From positions 9,548,001 through 9,612,000 of the forward strand of contig NC_135901.1 of assembly GCF_964194155.1 (NCBI RefSeq): 64,000 nucleotides of DNA, written 5' to 3'. A model generated the notes under the pieces. That model did not search any database. It had not been told where the DNA came from and was given only the letters and a program-made list of their open reading frames with translations. The DNA comes from Cetorhinus maximus (Eukaryota). Shown piece after piece: positions 51,401 to 64,000 of the stretch. A program made the position numbers and the translations under genes. Each line of letters begins with the position of its first letter. Position 1 is the stretch's first letter.

Positions 51401-51689
51401 CTACCACACATGCACCCTGCTGCATATTGCCCCTTGTCGTCATCAGCGCTCCCTCGATTCGAGGATGACGTCAACTCAGGGTTGTGAGTTTCTGCCCTGG
51501 GTCTTCATGTGATTGAACAGACCCACAGATCTTTGGACACATGAGGCAGGACGTCCATGAGGAAGTGGGAATCAGAGAGCAGGATTTGCATCCTTTTCTT
51601 TTCTGCTCTGCTTCGTCAATAAGACTCAAAGCGTAAAGGTCAGAGCTTGATGAACAAGTTGTTTCAATTCTGTAGTTAAAAACATTCAA

Positions 51690-52153
51690 AAACATCTTCC
51701 CAATAAAATTTGCAGCCGCGCATGCTCCCTGCTGCACATTGCCCCAAATAAAGACGGGGGCCGCGCTTGCTCCATGCTGCACATTGCCCCAAACAAACAT
51801 GGCAGCATGCGCCCTGCCCGCTCTGAAGATGATGGCAATGATCTGGGGCCTGTAACTGGGAGAAATCGCAGCTCTGAGCAAAAGGGGGAATGGCGGGTTC
51901 TTTTTCGGCGTTTGCCGCTTACACAACAGAGTTACAAAACCTCCCCGACCACCCGTCTGATCCACCGCTTCCTTCGCCCCGCCGTTCCCCACCCCCCCTT
52001 TACCAACTGCGGATCCGAAAAAGAAGCTCCTGTCCATCGCTCCCACTGCGCATGCTCTAATCACAGGGTATGGCGCATGCGCACTGGTCTCTTGTTATGT
52101 GGATAGAGGACATTCTCCACCGCGTGGAATGCTGGGTAACGGCCCCGCCATTG
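51690..52153 (-). promoter_or_regulatory. CpG-island promoter of ZNF-D
   Basis: Inverted homolog of 42318-42720; TTACCCAGCATTCCACGCG and TGCGCATGCGC. Confidence 0.7.
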
Positions 52154-52853
52154 ACAGTTCAAATTATTCTAGCCTGATTTGTTTTGCTGTAATTGGGTGG
52201 AAACTGGGGCCGGACGGTTCAATATTAAAGTTGTGAAACAAGTTGTACTTAAACCCATCTGCATGGACCCTTCATTATCCACTAGAAACAAGGGGATTGG
52301 GACTTGGTGGAGAATTGAGAGTCCCCAAAACAACAGTAATAACGGCAGAATTCAACTCCGACAGTCACACGTGAACTCACTGGTATCCCAGCTGCTGGAA
52401 TAAAGAAGTGAATTACTGTTCACACACAGAACTCTCTCTGGCATGAATGTGCTGATCATGCTTCAAATTCTATTTGAACTTTCAAAATTGGTGGGAAAGC
52501 TGAGTAAATCCTTTTTCAAACATGAATTATCTGAATGGTCTCTCTCCAGAGTGACTGTGCTGCTGTGTCAGTAAATAGGATGACCAAGTGACTCAATTTC
52601 CACAATCAGCTGGTGAATATCCTACTGCTGGTGTGATGGCACCCATGAGTTTCCAGCTCAGACAGCCAACCAACTCATTCTTCACAGTCAACAACAACAA
52701 TGTGCATTTCTATAACACATTTAATAAAACATCCTGAATTTCCTCACATGAGCATTAACAGTACCCATCTTAAGTTTGTGCTTGTGTCTCCAATTTGTTT
52801 CCAAAGACACTGTTATAATTTCCATACAATAAAAATGGGAATGCAGACATTTT

Positions 52854-53337
<484 letters not shown>

Positions 53338-53835
53338 CTATACCTTGGTAGATATGCTAATGGGAATTGCTATTTTTTCTTATTTGTTATGACACACATT
53401 TATTGAATCAGATATCTTGATGCTGATTGTCTCCCAGGCAGATTTACTCCACCAATCTTAATAACCAGTGTTTCTTGTTTCCCAGTTTTATTTCCACAGT
53501 ATTCAGCCAATCCCATTGTTATTTCTCCCTTCTAGTTTAGCTCGTTCTTTTCTTCAATATCCTTTTTCATAATCCCTTTCCCATCTGCGTCCACCCAACT
53601 ATTCAGATTTTATTACCAACATTGGTAAGGATGTATGATGTGTCATACAGCCTAATGTAAATCACTATTTCTGGTGGTGGGAATTGATTCTTGAGAGCAA
53701 TGCATGCAGGAGATAGTCCATCTTAAGGAGTCCCTTCTGAAACATTATTAACATCAGCTCAAATGTCAGAATGAACCTGGTTTAGTCCTGGAGGTGCTTA
53801 ACAGCAACAATAACAGCAGAATACAACCCCTCCAT

Positions 53836-54922
53836 TCAATTGTGAACTCGCTGGTGTCTCATTAAGTGAGATGAATGAGTGAATCCTTTCCCACACACAG
53901 AGCAGGTGAACGGCCTCTCCTCAGTGTGAACTCGCTGGTGTCTCCGCAGAACACCTGTGGCTTTAAAAGTCTTCTCACATTCAGAACATTTGAAAGGTCT
54001 GTTATCAGTGTGAACAAGTTGATGTGAATTGATGTGAGCTAGACGAGTGAATGCCTTCCCACACACGGAGAAGGTGAATGGCCGCTCGCCAGTGTGAACC
54101 TGCTGGTGTGTCAGTAGGTGGGATGAACGGGTGAATCCCTTCCCACATATGGAACAGGTGAATGGCTTCTCCCCTGTGTGAATGCGCTGATGCATCAGCA
54201 GATCCCTTGTAGTTTTAAAGCTCTTACAGTCAGAACATTGGAAAGGTTTCCGATCAGAGTGAACTCGCTGGTGCAACTTGAGGTGGTCAAACAAAAAATC
54301 CCTTTGCACACACAGAGCAGGGGAATGTCCTCTCTTCAGTGTGAATTCGCTGGTGTCTCAGAAGATCACCTGCAGTTTTAAAGGTCTTCTCACATTCTGA
54401 ACATTGGAAAGGTCTGTTATCAGTGTGAACAAGTTGATATGAGCTGAGGTGAGAGAGTTGAGTGAATCCCTTCCCACATACGGAGCAGGTGAGTGCCCTC
54501 TCCCTGGTGTGAACTTGTTGGTTTTTTATGAGGTTCATTGATTGTCTGAACACTTTCCCGCAGTAAGAGCAACTGAACCGTCTCTCAGTGTGAACAAACT
54601 GGTGCTTGACCAGGTCCTCTCGTCTTTTAAAGCTCTTCTCACAATCAGAGCAGTTAAACAGCCTCTCATCAATGTGAACGAGCTGGTGTCTCAGCAGCTG
54701 GGACAGAAAATTGAATCTCTTCTCACACACGGAGCAGGTTAACGGCTTCTCCCCAGTGTGAGTTCTCTGGTGTATATGTAAGCTGGATGATAATGTAAAT
54801 CCCTCCCTGCACATCGAGCAGGAGAATGGCCTCTCCCCGGTGTGACTGCGTCGATGAATCTCCAGCTGCGATGGGTAATTGAATCCCTTTCCACAGTCCC
54901 CACATTTCCATGGTTTCTCCAT
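53836..54922 (-). pseudogene. ZNF-E: frameshifted C2H2 array
   Basis: MEKPWKC start at 54922; frameshift near 54290; several fingers have lost Cys/His; terminal exon starts at 55281. Confidence 0.8.
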
Positions 54923-56504
54923 GGTGCCTGTGTCCTGAAGTCTTTCCGGGTTGGACAATCAGTTGAAGCCTCGTTCACACACAGAACACGTGTATGGTTT
55001 CTCCACACTGCAAATGGTTCTGTTTGTTTTCAGGCTGTGTAACTGGTTAAAGCTCACACCACAGTCAGTGCACTGGAACACTCTGATTCAGGTCTGTGTG
55101 TGTCTCGGTGCTTTTTCCTGTTGTTTGAAATCTTTCCCCACAGTCAGAACAGACAAACATTTCTCCTTCCACATTCAAAAGCCGATGACATTCAGGTCTG
55201 GATGAGCTGAGTCATTCTGTCAGATCTTGATGTGATTTTTGGTTTGAGTTACCGATCTGCAAATCTTCCCCTTCTAAAGCCCTGTAAAAAGAGATTACAA
55301 TAAACATCACTGACAGTCCAGGACAGAAATTCAAAACAGACAATTCTAGTTCGTATGGAACATTTTTCTTCTCGTTCCCCCAAAACTGTAAATCCCCATC
55401 CCACACACACTGCCTCCTCCCTGGGCTAAAATCCAAATAAAGTGTTGGATAATTAATTCTTTCTGTATCCTTTCAATAAATCCTATAGAGATAGCAAAAT
55501 GTCGATAATTCACTTCAGTCACGACTCGTGACAAAACATTACACAATCAAATGTCTGAATGTGTGTTCCCTTGCTGAAATGTGGGAAAAACTCTGTCTGG
55601 ACTTCAGCAGAAAACTCCAGAATTCCACCTCTCAAAGGCACCGCCCAACCACACGGAAGTAAATGTACAATGGAATTCAGGAGAAAAGATACCATCTGCA
55701 AATAAGCTATGGGACAAATACACTACAAGATAGCCCGATCGCCCACTGTATAAAACTCATAAATAGGATGTAAATAATTGAGAGTTTAATGAACTCAAGC
55801 TGATAACATATGATCGAAGGACTTTAATAGAAAACGCAGAGTACAGTAGACCTTTCATTTCTATTCTATAAATTAAGGAGTCCTGCATTTTGTAACATAT
55901 TGTAATGACTTTATGCTGAAATGATCATAATTGTGCAATCCTTTAACTGATTAATATTTTCACTTTATTTTAATATTGCCTATAACGATGTCATGAATGA
56001 TGATTACTTGTTTTATTTGTATCATCATTGGATAGATACATGGATGGGAGAGGTCTGGAGGGTTATGGACTGGGTGCAGGTCAATGGGACTAGCGGAATA
56101 ACATTTCGGCACAGACTAAAAGGGCCGAGTGGCCTGTTTTTCTGTACTGTAGTGTTCAATGGTTCTATCATCACAATTCAGTACCTGCCACCGTGATAGC
56201 TTTTCCAGAAACCAATTATCTATCGAACCAAACCAATTATCTATTAATCTGAATCACCCTGACCGACCATACAGAATGTCAGATGTTAACCTTGTGTCTA
56301 GAAATTACTGTGTGGAGATTTAATAAGCAATCGTGAAGGTGGTTTCTCCACACCTCCCAGGCTTTCCTTCCTTCTTTCTCTCCCTCTTCAACTAAGTTAA
56401 ACTCAGTCTCTTGTCTCATTTTGGTTTCTGGTTCTCTTCCTCCCAATGTAACCCTGAGCTTTTACAAGAAGCCATTTGTTCAGTTTCCCAAAGAGAGATC
56501 AGAG

Positions 56505-56928
56505 TCCCCATCAATTTGAGCCCAAAGTGTAACCTCTTATTTATTGTTCCCCCCTGCCCCATCCTCTGATGTGAACCATCCTCCACTCGCTGACCCAGGA
56601 TGGCGGCCGTTAACCTGGGCCTGTTTCCGGGAGGGAGAAGCTCCGCAGCTGCAAACCAAGAGCTGACAATTATTCCTCAGGGTTTGTGGATCCACAAAGT
56701 GTTTGCAAATCCTCCCCGTCCAGCCACCGACTCCATCGCTCCCTTGACCAGCTGCAGAAGTGACAAACAAGTGGCTCTCCATGATCACAACTGACACTGA
56801 GCATGCTCAAAACACTGGGGGGCGGGGGGGGGGGGGGGGGGGGCATTGAGCCTGCGCACTGGTGTCCTGTCGTGTGGATAGGGGACATTCTCTACCATAG
56901 GGGATGCTGGGTAAAAACCCCACCATTG
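56505..56928 (-). promoter_or_regulatory. Promoter module upstream of ZNF-E
   Basis: Shared module at 56795-56928; 56505-56670 is nearly identical to 61445-61610. Confidence 0.65.
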
Positions 56929-57448
56929 TGATTCACAATTCAGGTTCCTGTGATTATTTTGTGGGAATGAGGTGGAGACTGACCATAGCGCCAATCAATA
57001 AAGTTTGGAACTTGACGTGCTGTAACCTGCAAGGTTACAGATGAAGAACTGGATAGTGGGATTGGGCTGGCACAGACATGATGGGCCATATGGCCTCCTT
57101 CTGTCCTGTAAAGTTTCATTTTCAGTTGCCATCGTTGAAGATGTTGAAGACTGAGATTTAGACTAAGACAGAATTTTGGTCTCTCAGGGAATCGAGGATC
57201 ATGGGGAACAAGCAGGAAAGTGGAATTGAGGCTGAAATCAGCCATGATCGTATTGAATGGCGGAGCAGGCGTGACAAGTCATCTGGTCTAATCCTGCTCC
57301 TCGCCCTTATCTTCTTACAGCTGTGCTGTCTGCTTTCATCCAAACTCATTGACAGACATCCAGAATATTAAACTACGGTCCAGTTACAGGGGTTGCTAAC
57401 AGCAGCAGAAACAAAGGAATCATTAACAGCAGAATCCAACCTCTGCAT

Positions 57449-58375
57449 TCACTTGTGAACTCGCTGGTGTGTCAGCAAGTGAGACGATCGAGCAAATCTC
57501 TTCCCACACACAGAGCAGGTGAACGGCCTCTCCCCAGTGTGAACTTGCTGGTGTGTCAGCAGATTTGATGACTGAGAAAACCCCTTCCCACACACAGAGC
57601 AGGTGAATATCTTCTCCCCTGTGTGAACCCGCTGATGTGTCACCAGGTTGGATGATGAAGTGAATCCCTTCCCACACGGAGCAGGTGTACGGCCTCTCCC
57701 AGGTGTGAACTCGCTGGTGTTGAATGAGGTGAGATGACTGTCTGAATCTCTTCTCACATTGAGGACAACTGAACGGTCTCTCGTCAGTGTGAACAAGCTG
57801 GTGTTTAATTAGATCCGGTGAGATTTTAAAGTTTTTCCCACAGTCAGAGCATTTAAAAGGCCTCTCGTCAGTGTGAACTCGCTGGTGTAAATGAAGGCTG
57901 GACATCAGAGTGAATCCCTTCCCACACACGGAGCAGGTGTACGGTCTCTCCCCAGTGTGAGTGCGTCGATGAGCTTCCAGCTGGGATGGGCAAGTGAATC
58001 CCTTCCCACACTCCCCACATTTCCACGCTTTCTTTGTGATCTCAGTGTCTTTGTGTCTCTCCAGGTTGGACAATCAGTTGAAACCTCATCCACAAACAGA
58101 ACACATGTACAGTCTCTCCTCACTGTGAATGGTGTGATGTTATTTCAGGCTGTGTAACTCGTTAAAGCTCTTTCCACAGTCAGTTCACTGGAACACTCTC
58201 ACTAAGGTGTGTGTGAATCGATGCTTTTGCAGCCACACTGATGCTTGAAATCTTTTCCCAAAGTCAGAACAAACATTTCTCCTTCCATGTTCCTGATGAA
58301 TCAAGTGACTCTGTCAGATCTTGATGAGATGTTTGGTTTGAATTTCCCATCTTCAAATCATCTCCTTCTAATATC
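57449..58375 (-). pseudogene. ZNF-F: frameshifted C2H2 array, close paralog of ZNF-B
   Basis: [13 protein letters not shown]...[14 protein letters not shown] shared with ZNF-B; 2-bp deletion in a TG run near 57675; no ATG at the MEKPW position. Confidence 0.8.
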
Positions 58376-58724
58376 CTGTAAAAAGAGTTTGCAAAAGTCA
58401 TCACTGTCAACTCCAGGATAGAAATTCAGAACAGACAATTCTAGTTTCTATGAGACATACTTTCTTCTCTTGTTCTCTCAAATATGTTGTCCAATTAAAC
58501 TAAAAGAGCCCAAAATCAGCATCAAAGCCCCAACTAGAGTGAAGAGAACCTCCCTAACTAAACCAGAATGTTGCTTCCAGTATCTCTGAGACACTCTGTA
58601 CCCTGAGGTACCCATTGGTGGTGGGAGGTATCAATCGTACGGATGAACACCAGATGCTCCCTCTCCAGGGCCACCCAGACACGGACAAGACTATGGAAGA
58701 GAGGCCAGCAGCCTCTTATGGGGT

Positions 58725-59755
58725 AGAAACAGAAAATTCTCGAAAAACTCAGCAAGTCTGGCAGAAATTGTGGAGAGAGAAACATAGTTAAGGTTTAAAG
58801 TCCGTATGACTCTTCTTCAGAGCCAGTGAAGTCACCTCTGCTTGTTGAGAGCCAGCGTATTTGGGAGATTTGTCTTTGAGAGGACTGCCGCATTCCTGAT
58901 TCTGTCCCTGAGATGCCCAGAATGTGCCGCAAACAGTGAAGGTGAAAGTTGTTGAGCTTCCTTTCCTGATCACTGTAAATCGTCCATGTTTCACAGCCAG
59001 ACAACAAGGTACTGAGGACACAGGCCTTTCAAACCAGCATATTAGTACTGAGAGGCAGTTTGATGTTATTCCATGGACAATTCGTGAGTCAGCCAAAGGT
59101 GGAGCTGCTTTCCCTACACGTGTATCGAGGTCTGCATTGAGAAACAGATTGTCTGTCACTGTGGACCCAAGAATTCACTGGCCACTTCCAGCGCGGTGTT
59201 ATTTAGTGTGATCAAGGGCAGAGATGTGACACCCCGTCCCCAAACCACAGTTTTCTCGATGTTTACAGTAAGGGTGAACAAATTACAGACATGGGAGAGA
59301 CAGTCCACGAGTCTTTGTAGCTGAGTTTCTGTGTGAGTCACAAGCACGGCATCATCACTCTAGAGGAGGTCTCTGATCGAGACAGGCTGTATTTTGTCTT
59401 CACTTTCAGTCTGGACAGATTGTAGAGGTTACCATCTGACTGAGTATGCAGGGAAACTCCTTCCATATCTGCAGCGAAGGCCAAGGTCAGGAACATGGAG
59501 AAGAAAATACCAAACTAAGTGGGGGCTAGGACACAGCCCTGTTTCACTCCATTCTCCACATTGAAACTGTCAGAAGTGGAGCCGTCAAACTGTACAGGAC
59601 AGGGTATGTTGTCATGAAAGGAGTAGATGAGACTGAGGACCTTTGGTGGACAAAGTTTTTGTTGCAATATCCTCTGTCCCCTTTGTTTTTGTAAATTGTG
59701 ATGATTTTTGTGTCATGCACGTCCTGTGGAACGGATCCGACCTTCCAGCAGTTCA
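58725..59755 (-). mobile_element. RTE-clade LINE RT fragment, with a Penelope pseudo-LTR at 58725-58825
   Basis: GVKQGCVLAPT, DDAVLVTHTETQLQRLVD, LSGCETWTIY...LHCLRHILGI. Confidence 0.75.
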
Positions 59756-59954
59756 TGAATTAAGGGGAACGATCACAGATGGTACTTTTAAAAAGGGACA
59801 CTGCAGCCCCGAGTATCAGTGACACCTCCAGAATATTAAACTCCAGCCAGTTATAGGGGTTGTTAACATTAGCAGAAACAAACCTGATATTGTCAGACTA
59901 TCAATCCTGGATGTGATTAACAGCAGTGATAACAGCAGAATCCAACCCCCTCAG

Positions 59955-60713
59955 TCACTTATCAACTCGCTCATGTGTCACTAGGTTGAAGGACCGAGTG
60001 AATCTCTTCCCATACACGGAGCAGGTGAACGGTCTCTCTCCAGTGTGAACTCTCTGATGTGCCAGGAGAGCAGATGAGCACCTGAAATTCTTTCCACAGT
60101 CCATGCAGCTGAATGGCTTCTCCTCAGTGTGAATTTGCTGGTGTGACTCGAGGGCGGATGATACAGTGAATCCCTTCCCACATACAGAGCAGGTGAACGG
60201 TTTCTCCCCAGTGTGAACTCGCTGGTGTGCAATAAGGGTGAATGACTGCCCGAAACTCTTCCTGCAGGAAGTACAGCTGAATGGCTTCTCCTCAGATTGA
60301 ACTCGCTGGTGTGACCTAAGGCCGGATGAATGAGTGAATCCCTTCCCACACACAGGGCAAGTGAATGGCTTCTGCCCAGTGTGAAGTCGCTGGTGTATAT
60401 TGAGGTCAGATGAAGACCTGAACCTCTTTTCACAGTGAGTGCAGCTGAATGGCCTCTCCTCAGTGTGAATTCGCTGGTGTAACATAAGACAGGATGTCTG
60501 AGTAAATCCCTTCCCACATACGGGGCAGGTGAATGGCCTCTCCTCAGTGTGAATTCGCTGGTGAGACATGAGTTTGGTTGTCTGAGTGAATCCCTTACCA
60601 CACACGGAACAGGTGAATGGCTTCTCCCCAGTGTGAATGGGTCGATGGATTTCCAGCTGAGATGGATAATTGAATCCTTTACCACAATCCTTACATTTCC
60701 ATGGTTTTTCCAT
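59955..60713 (-). CDS. ZNF-G: C2H2 array, 7 intact fingers plus 2 degenerate
   Basis: ACCATGG Kozak start MEKPWKCKDC; intact 252-aa ORF. Confidence 0.85.
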   Translation of the reverse strand: MEKPWKCKDCGKGFNYPSQLEIHRPIHTGEKPFTCSVCGKGFTQTTKLMSHQRIHTEERPFTCPVCGKGFTQTSCLMLHQRIHTEERPFSCTHCEKRFRSSSDLNIHQRLHTGQKPFTCPVCGKGFTHSSGLRSHQRVQSEEKPFSCTSCRKSFGQSFTLIAHQRVHTGEKPFTCSVCGKGFTVSSALESHQQIHTEEKPFSCMDCGKNFRCSSALLAHQRVHTGERPFTCSVYGKRFTRSFNLVTHERVDK

Positions 60714-61732
60714 GGTGCGGAGTCCTTATGTCTCTCCAGGTTGAATAATCAGTTAAAGTCTTGTCTACACAGAGAACAGTTGTATGGTTTCTCCCCGCTG
60801 TGAATGGTGTGATGTTTTTTCAGGCTATGTAACTCAGAAAGCCCTTTCCACAGTCAGTGCACTGAACACTCTCACTCGGGTGTGTGTGTGCCTCAGTGTT
60901 TTTCCAGTCACACTGATGTTTGAAATCTTATCCCACAGACAGAACAGACAAGCATTTCTCCTTCCACATTCAATTGCCGATGATATTCAGGTCCTGGTGA
61001 ATCGAGTGACGGTTTTAAATCTTGATGTGAAGTTTGATTTGAGCTTCCCTCTGTAAATCTTCCCCTTCTAATATCCCGCAAAAGGAGTTTACAAAACTCT
61101 TAACTGTCAGTACAGCATAGAAATTCAGAACAGACAATTCTAGTTTCTATGGACCATTTCTTCCTCTCTTGTTCCCCCAAAGCTGTAAATCCCCGTCCCA
61201 CACACTCTCCCTCCTCCCTGGGCTGAAATCCAAACCCATCTCACCATCTCCACCATTTCTTTCCTCCACTCCCAGTTTTCTCCCTCCCTCTCCTCTGCCT
61301 GGGTTCAGTTCTCCAGCTCCTGTCTGCAGACTGACAATAAAATCAATGAGTCGTATTGGGAGTTTGGGGCCTCCAGCGGGTGTTTCTGAATCCTCCCCGC
61401 CCACCTCCCAGCGTTTCCTTCCTTCCCACAGATCAGATTCCTCATTGATTTGAGCCCAAAGTGTAACCTCTTATTTATTGTCCCCCCCTCCCCCATCCTC
61501 TGATGTGAACCATCCTCCACTCGCTGACCCAGGATGGCGGCCGTTAACCTGGGCCTGTTCCCGGGAGGGAGAAGCCCCGCAGCTGCAAACCAGGAGCTGA
61601 CAATTATTCATAACGGTTACTCCAGCTCACAATGCTCGGGGAGTGATTGACGGCAGGACGGCATCAATAGGAAGAGGGCCTCGGGCAAAAGGGCCGACCA
61701 GGAGCTCCAGTCAGGGAGAATGATGGGCGGAT

Positions 61733-61903
61733 ATAAAAACAAAAATAAAAACAAAAAACTGCGGATGCTGGAAATCCAAAACAAAAACAGAAACAGAAAT
61801 ACCTGGAAAAACTCAGCAGGTCTGGCAGCATCGGCGGAGAAGTGTACAGTTGACGTTTCGAGTCCTCTTGACCCTTCAACAGTTCTTCTCCGCCGATGCT
61901 GCC
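61733..61903 (-). mobile_element. Short Penelope insertion
   Basis: 16-bp TSD AGAATGATGGGCGGAT at 61717-61732 and 61904-61919; pseudo-LTR with a short inverted copy. Confidence 0.85.
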
Positions 61904-62219
61904 AGAATGATGGGCGGATCTGGGACCGGTCTTAAATTTCTGCGCATGCGCAGGGCCCCACACTGAGCCCGAAAAGATGGCAGCCGTCACCCCGGGCCTG
62001 TGTGTTCGGGAAAAAACCGAGCAGCTGTCGTTGGTTCAAAGCCGTATCAGAGCTTCGTAATCGGGGCTTGGGGCTTACACGGGGTGTTTCTGAAGCCTCC
62101 CAATCCACTCGCCAGCTCAGTTCCTCCCTCCTGACCCAACCAGCGGCATCTCACCGGTTGGCAATTTCGACGGAGCCGCTTCAGTCCGCCATCATCGACA
62201 CTGTGCACAATATCCGAGT

Positions 62220-63308
62220 TAAAAACAAAAAACTACTGCGGATGCTGGAAATCCAAAACAAAAACAGAATTACCTGGAAAAACTCAGCAGGTCTGGCAGC
62301 ATCGGCGGAGAAGAAAAGAGTTGACATTTCGAGTCCTCATGACCCTTCAACAGAACTAAGTAAAAATAGGAGAGGGGTGAAATATAAGCTGGTTTGGCGG
62401 GGGGGGGGGGGGGGCGGGGGGTGGTGGTGTGGGGGGAGAGAGATGTTGAGGGTGGGGTGGTTGTAGGGACAAGCAAGCAGTGATAGGAGCAGATAATCAA
62501 AAGATGTCACAGACAAAGGAACAAAGAGGTGTTGAAGGTGGTGATATTATCTAAGAGAATGTGCTAATTAAGAATGGATGGCAGGACACTCAAGGTACAG
62601 CTCTAGTGGGGGTGGGGTGGAAAGACTGACAGGGCAGTAAAGGTTTAAAAATAATGGAAATAGGTGAGAAAAGAAAAATCTATATAAATTATTGGAAAAA
62701 ACAAAAGGGAGGGGGAAGAAACGGAAAGGGGGTGAGGATGGAGGAGGGAGTTCAAGATCTAAAGTTGTTGAATTCAATATTCAGTCCGGAAGGCTGTAAA
62801 GTGCCTAGTCGGAAGATGAGGTGCTGTTCCTCCAGTTTGCGTTGGGCTTCACTGGAACAATGCAGCAAGCCAAGGACAGACATGTGGGCAGGAGAGCAGG
62901 GTGGAGTGTTAAAATGGCAAGCGACAGGGAGGTTTGGGTCTTTCTTGCGGACAGACCGCAGGTGTTCTGCAAAGCGGTCGCCCAGTTTACGTTTGGTCTC
63001 TTCAATGCAGAGGAGACCGCATTGGGAGCAATGAATGCAGTAGACTAAGTTAGGGGAAATGCAAGTGAAATGCTGCTTCACTTGAAAGGAGTGTTTGGGC
63101 CCTTGGACGGTGAGGAGAGAGGAAGTGAAGGGGCAGGTGTTGCATCTTCTGCGTGGGTATGGGGTGGTGCCATAGGTGGGGGTTGAGAAGTAGGGGGTGA
63201 TGGAGGAGTGGACCAGGGTATCTCGGAGGGAACGATCCCTACGGAATGCCGCCGGGGGGGGGGGCGGGGTGAAGGGAAGATGTGTTTGGTGGTGGCATCA
63301 TGCTGGAG
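62220..63308 (-). mobile_element. 5'-truncated Penelope-like retroelement (GIY-YIG endonuclease remnant 62752-63081)
   Basis: HFTCISPNLVYCIHCSQCGLLCIEETKRKLGDRFAEH...LGTLQPSGLN; 11-bp TSD AATATCCGAGT at 62209-62219 and 63309-63319. Confidence 0.9.
62319..62357 (-). ncRNA. Minimal type I hammerhead ribozyme-like motif in Penelope pseudo-LTR
   Basis: AGTT CTGTTGA A GGGTC ATGAG GACTC GAAA TGTC AACT: stem I AGTT/AACT, stem II GGGTC/GACTC; core deviates from CUGANGA. Confidence 0.55.
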
Positions 63309-64000
63309 AATATCCGAGTGACTGACGCCAGCCCCGGAACAATAGGAAGAGAGGGCGGAGCTGGAGGATCCAACTGAAGCGGCTGGTCCTCCAAGCAATT
63401 GGAGTGAATGAGGGTCGGGGCTGATTCCGGATCTCCCTCATTGGCTGAAACTCTGCATCATTTTGGAAGCTGATTTGTTTCAAACTCCAGGAGAAAACTG
63501 GACCTTTCTGTTTGTGGCTTTAAAGAGATGAAAGCCTGTGGGTGTGGAGTAAACATTTCTTAATGAAATGGAATTATTCAGGACAGACAGCAGGGATCAT
63601 TTCAGGAAGAGTCTCAGAGATGAAGAATCTCTGAATGGTACCATTCAATTCATTCGGTAGGATTCTCAGAAAACCAACATCGTCTGCTCTGAGAGCGAAA
63701 GGTTTTTGTTACAGCTAATAAGAAGCAGCACACATTAAACCAAGCTTGCAGACACCTTCATGCAGAGACCTGCACACACACACATATACACCGATGAACA
63801 CATAACTACACACTCATACACAGTGAACCACAGTCAGGTACAAAGGAATATTTCCTGTCCTATCAGATGGACAACACATGCTAACCTAATACTGGGGTTA
63901 AAGAGTCAGTGTTCGTAATGGCCACAAGGTCATAAAAATTCAAGTCAACATTATCCTTCAGTGACTGTGAGCAATTTTGGGCATACAATTCCACTGTTTT

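Larger units (their letters stand above)
61330..63460 (-). promoter_or_regulatory. CpG-rich promoter region of ZNF-G, interrupted by two Penelope insertions
   Basis: GGCCGCCATC, TGCGCATGCGCA (61941-61952) and AAGATGGC motifs; CpG-rich flanks resume after 63319. Confidence 0.6.

Noticed and set aside
56817-56843. Long G/C homopolymers (also ~20087-20130 and 62396-62435) as functional G-quadruplexes
   Set aside because: Absent from paralogous promoter copies or located inside transposons; consistent with slippage.
59981-60685. 234-aa alternative-frame ORF over ZNF-G
   Set aside because: Typical off-frame product of C2H2 repeats (TLGRSHSP pattern) with no independent support.

Overview
Vertebrate nuclear DNA, very likely from a shark or other elasmobranch (inferred from the CR1/L2/RTE LINE, Deu-domain SINE and Penelope content and the style of the zinc-finger arrays). 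The left part holds a single-coding-exon immunity-related GTPase (IRG/p47 family, 7310-8479 +) with a degenerate G3 motif. From about 23 kb to the end is a cluster of at least seven C2H2 zinc-finger array genes or pseudogenes with no visible KRAB/SCAN/BTB domain. Three lie on + and four on -, converging near 47-48 kb. They are built from a repeated cassette: a CpG-rich promoter module with YY1-, ZNF143- and NRF1-like motifs, a shared splice acceptor, decayed N-terminal fingers, the intact finger array, and a shared 3' motif. Also present are an RPL37 processed pseudogene with a 12-bp TSD whose empty site survives in a paralogous block, two Penelope insertions with TSDs and minimal hammerhead motifs in one promoter, a tRNA-Lys-derived pseudogene, a 33-bp minisatellite grown inside a Deu-SINE, and many LINE/SINE fragments. 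Repeat boundaries were set by eye and are approximate; no database searches were run.
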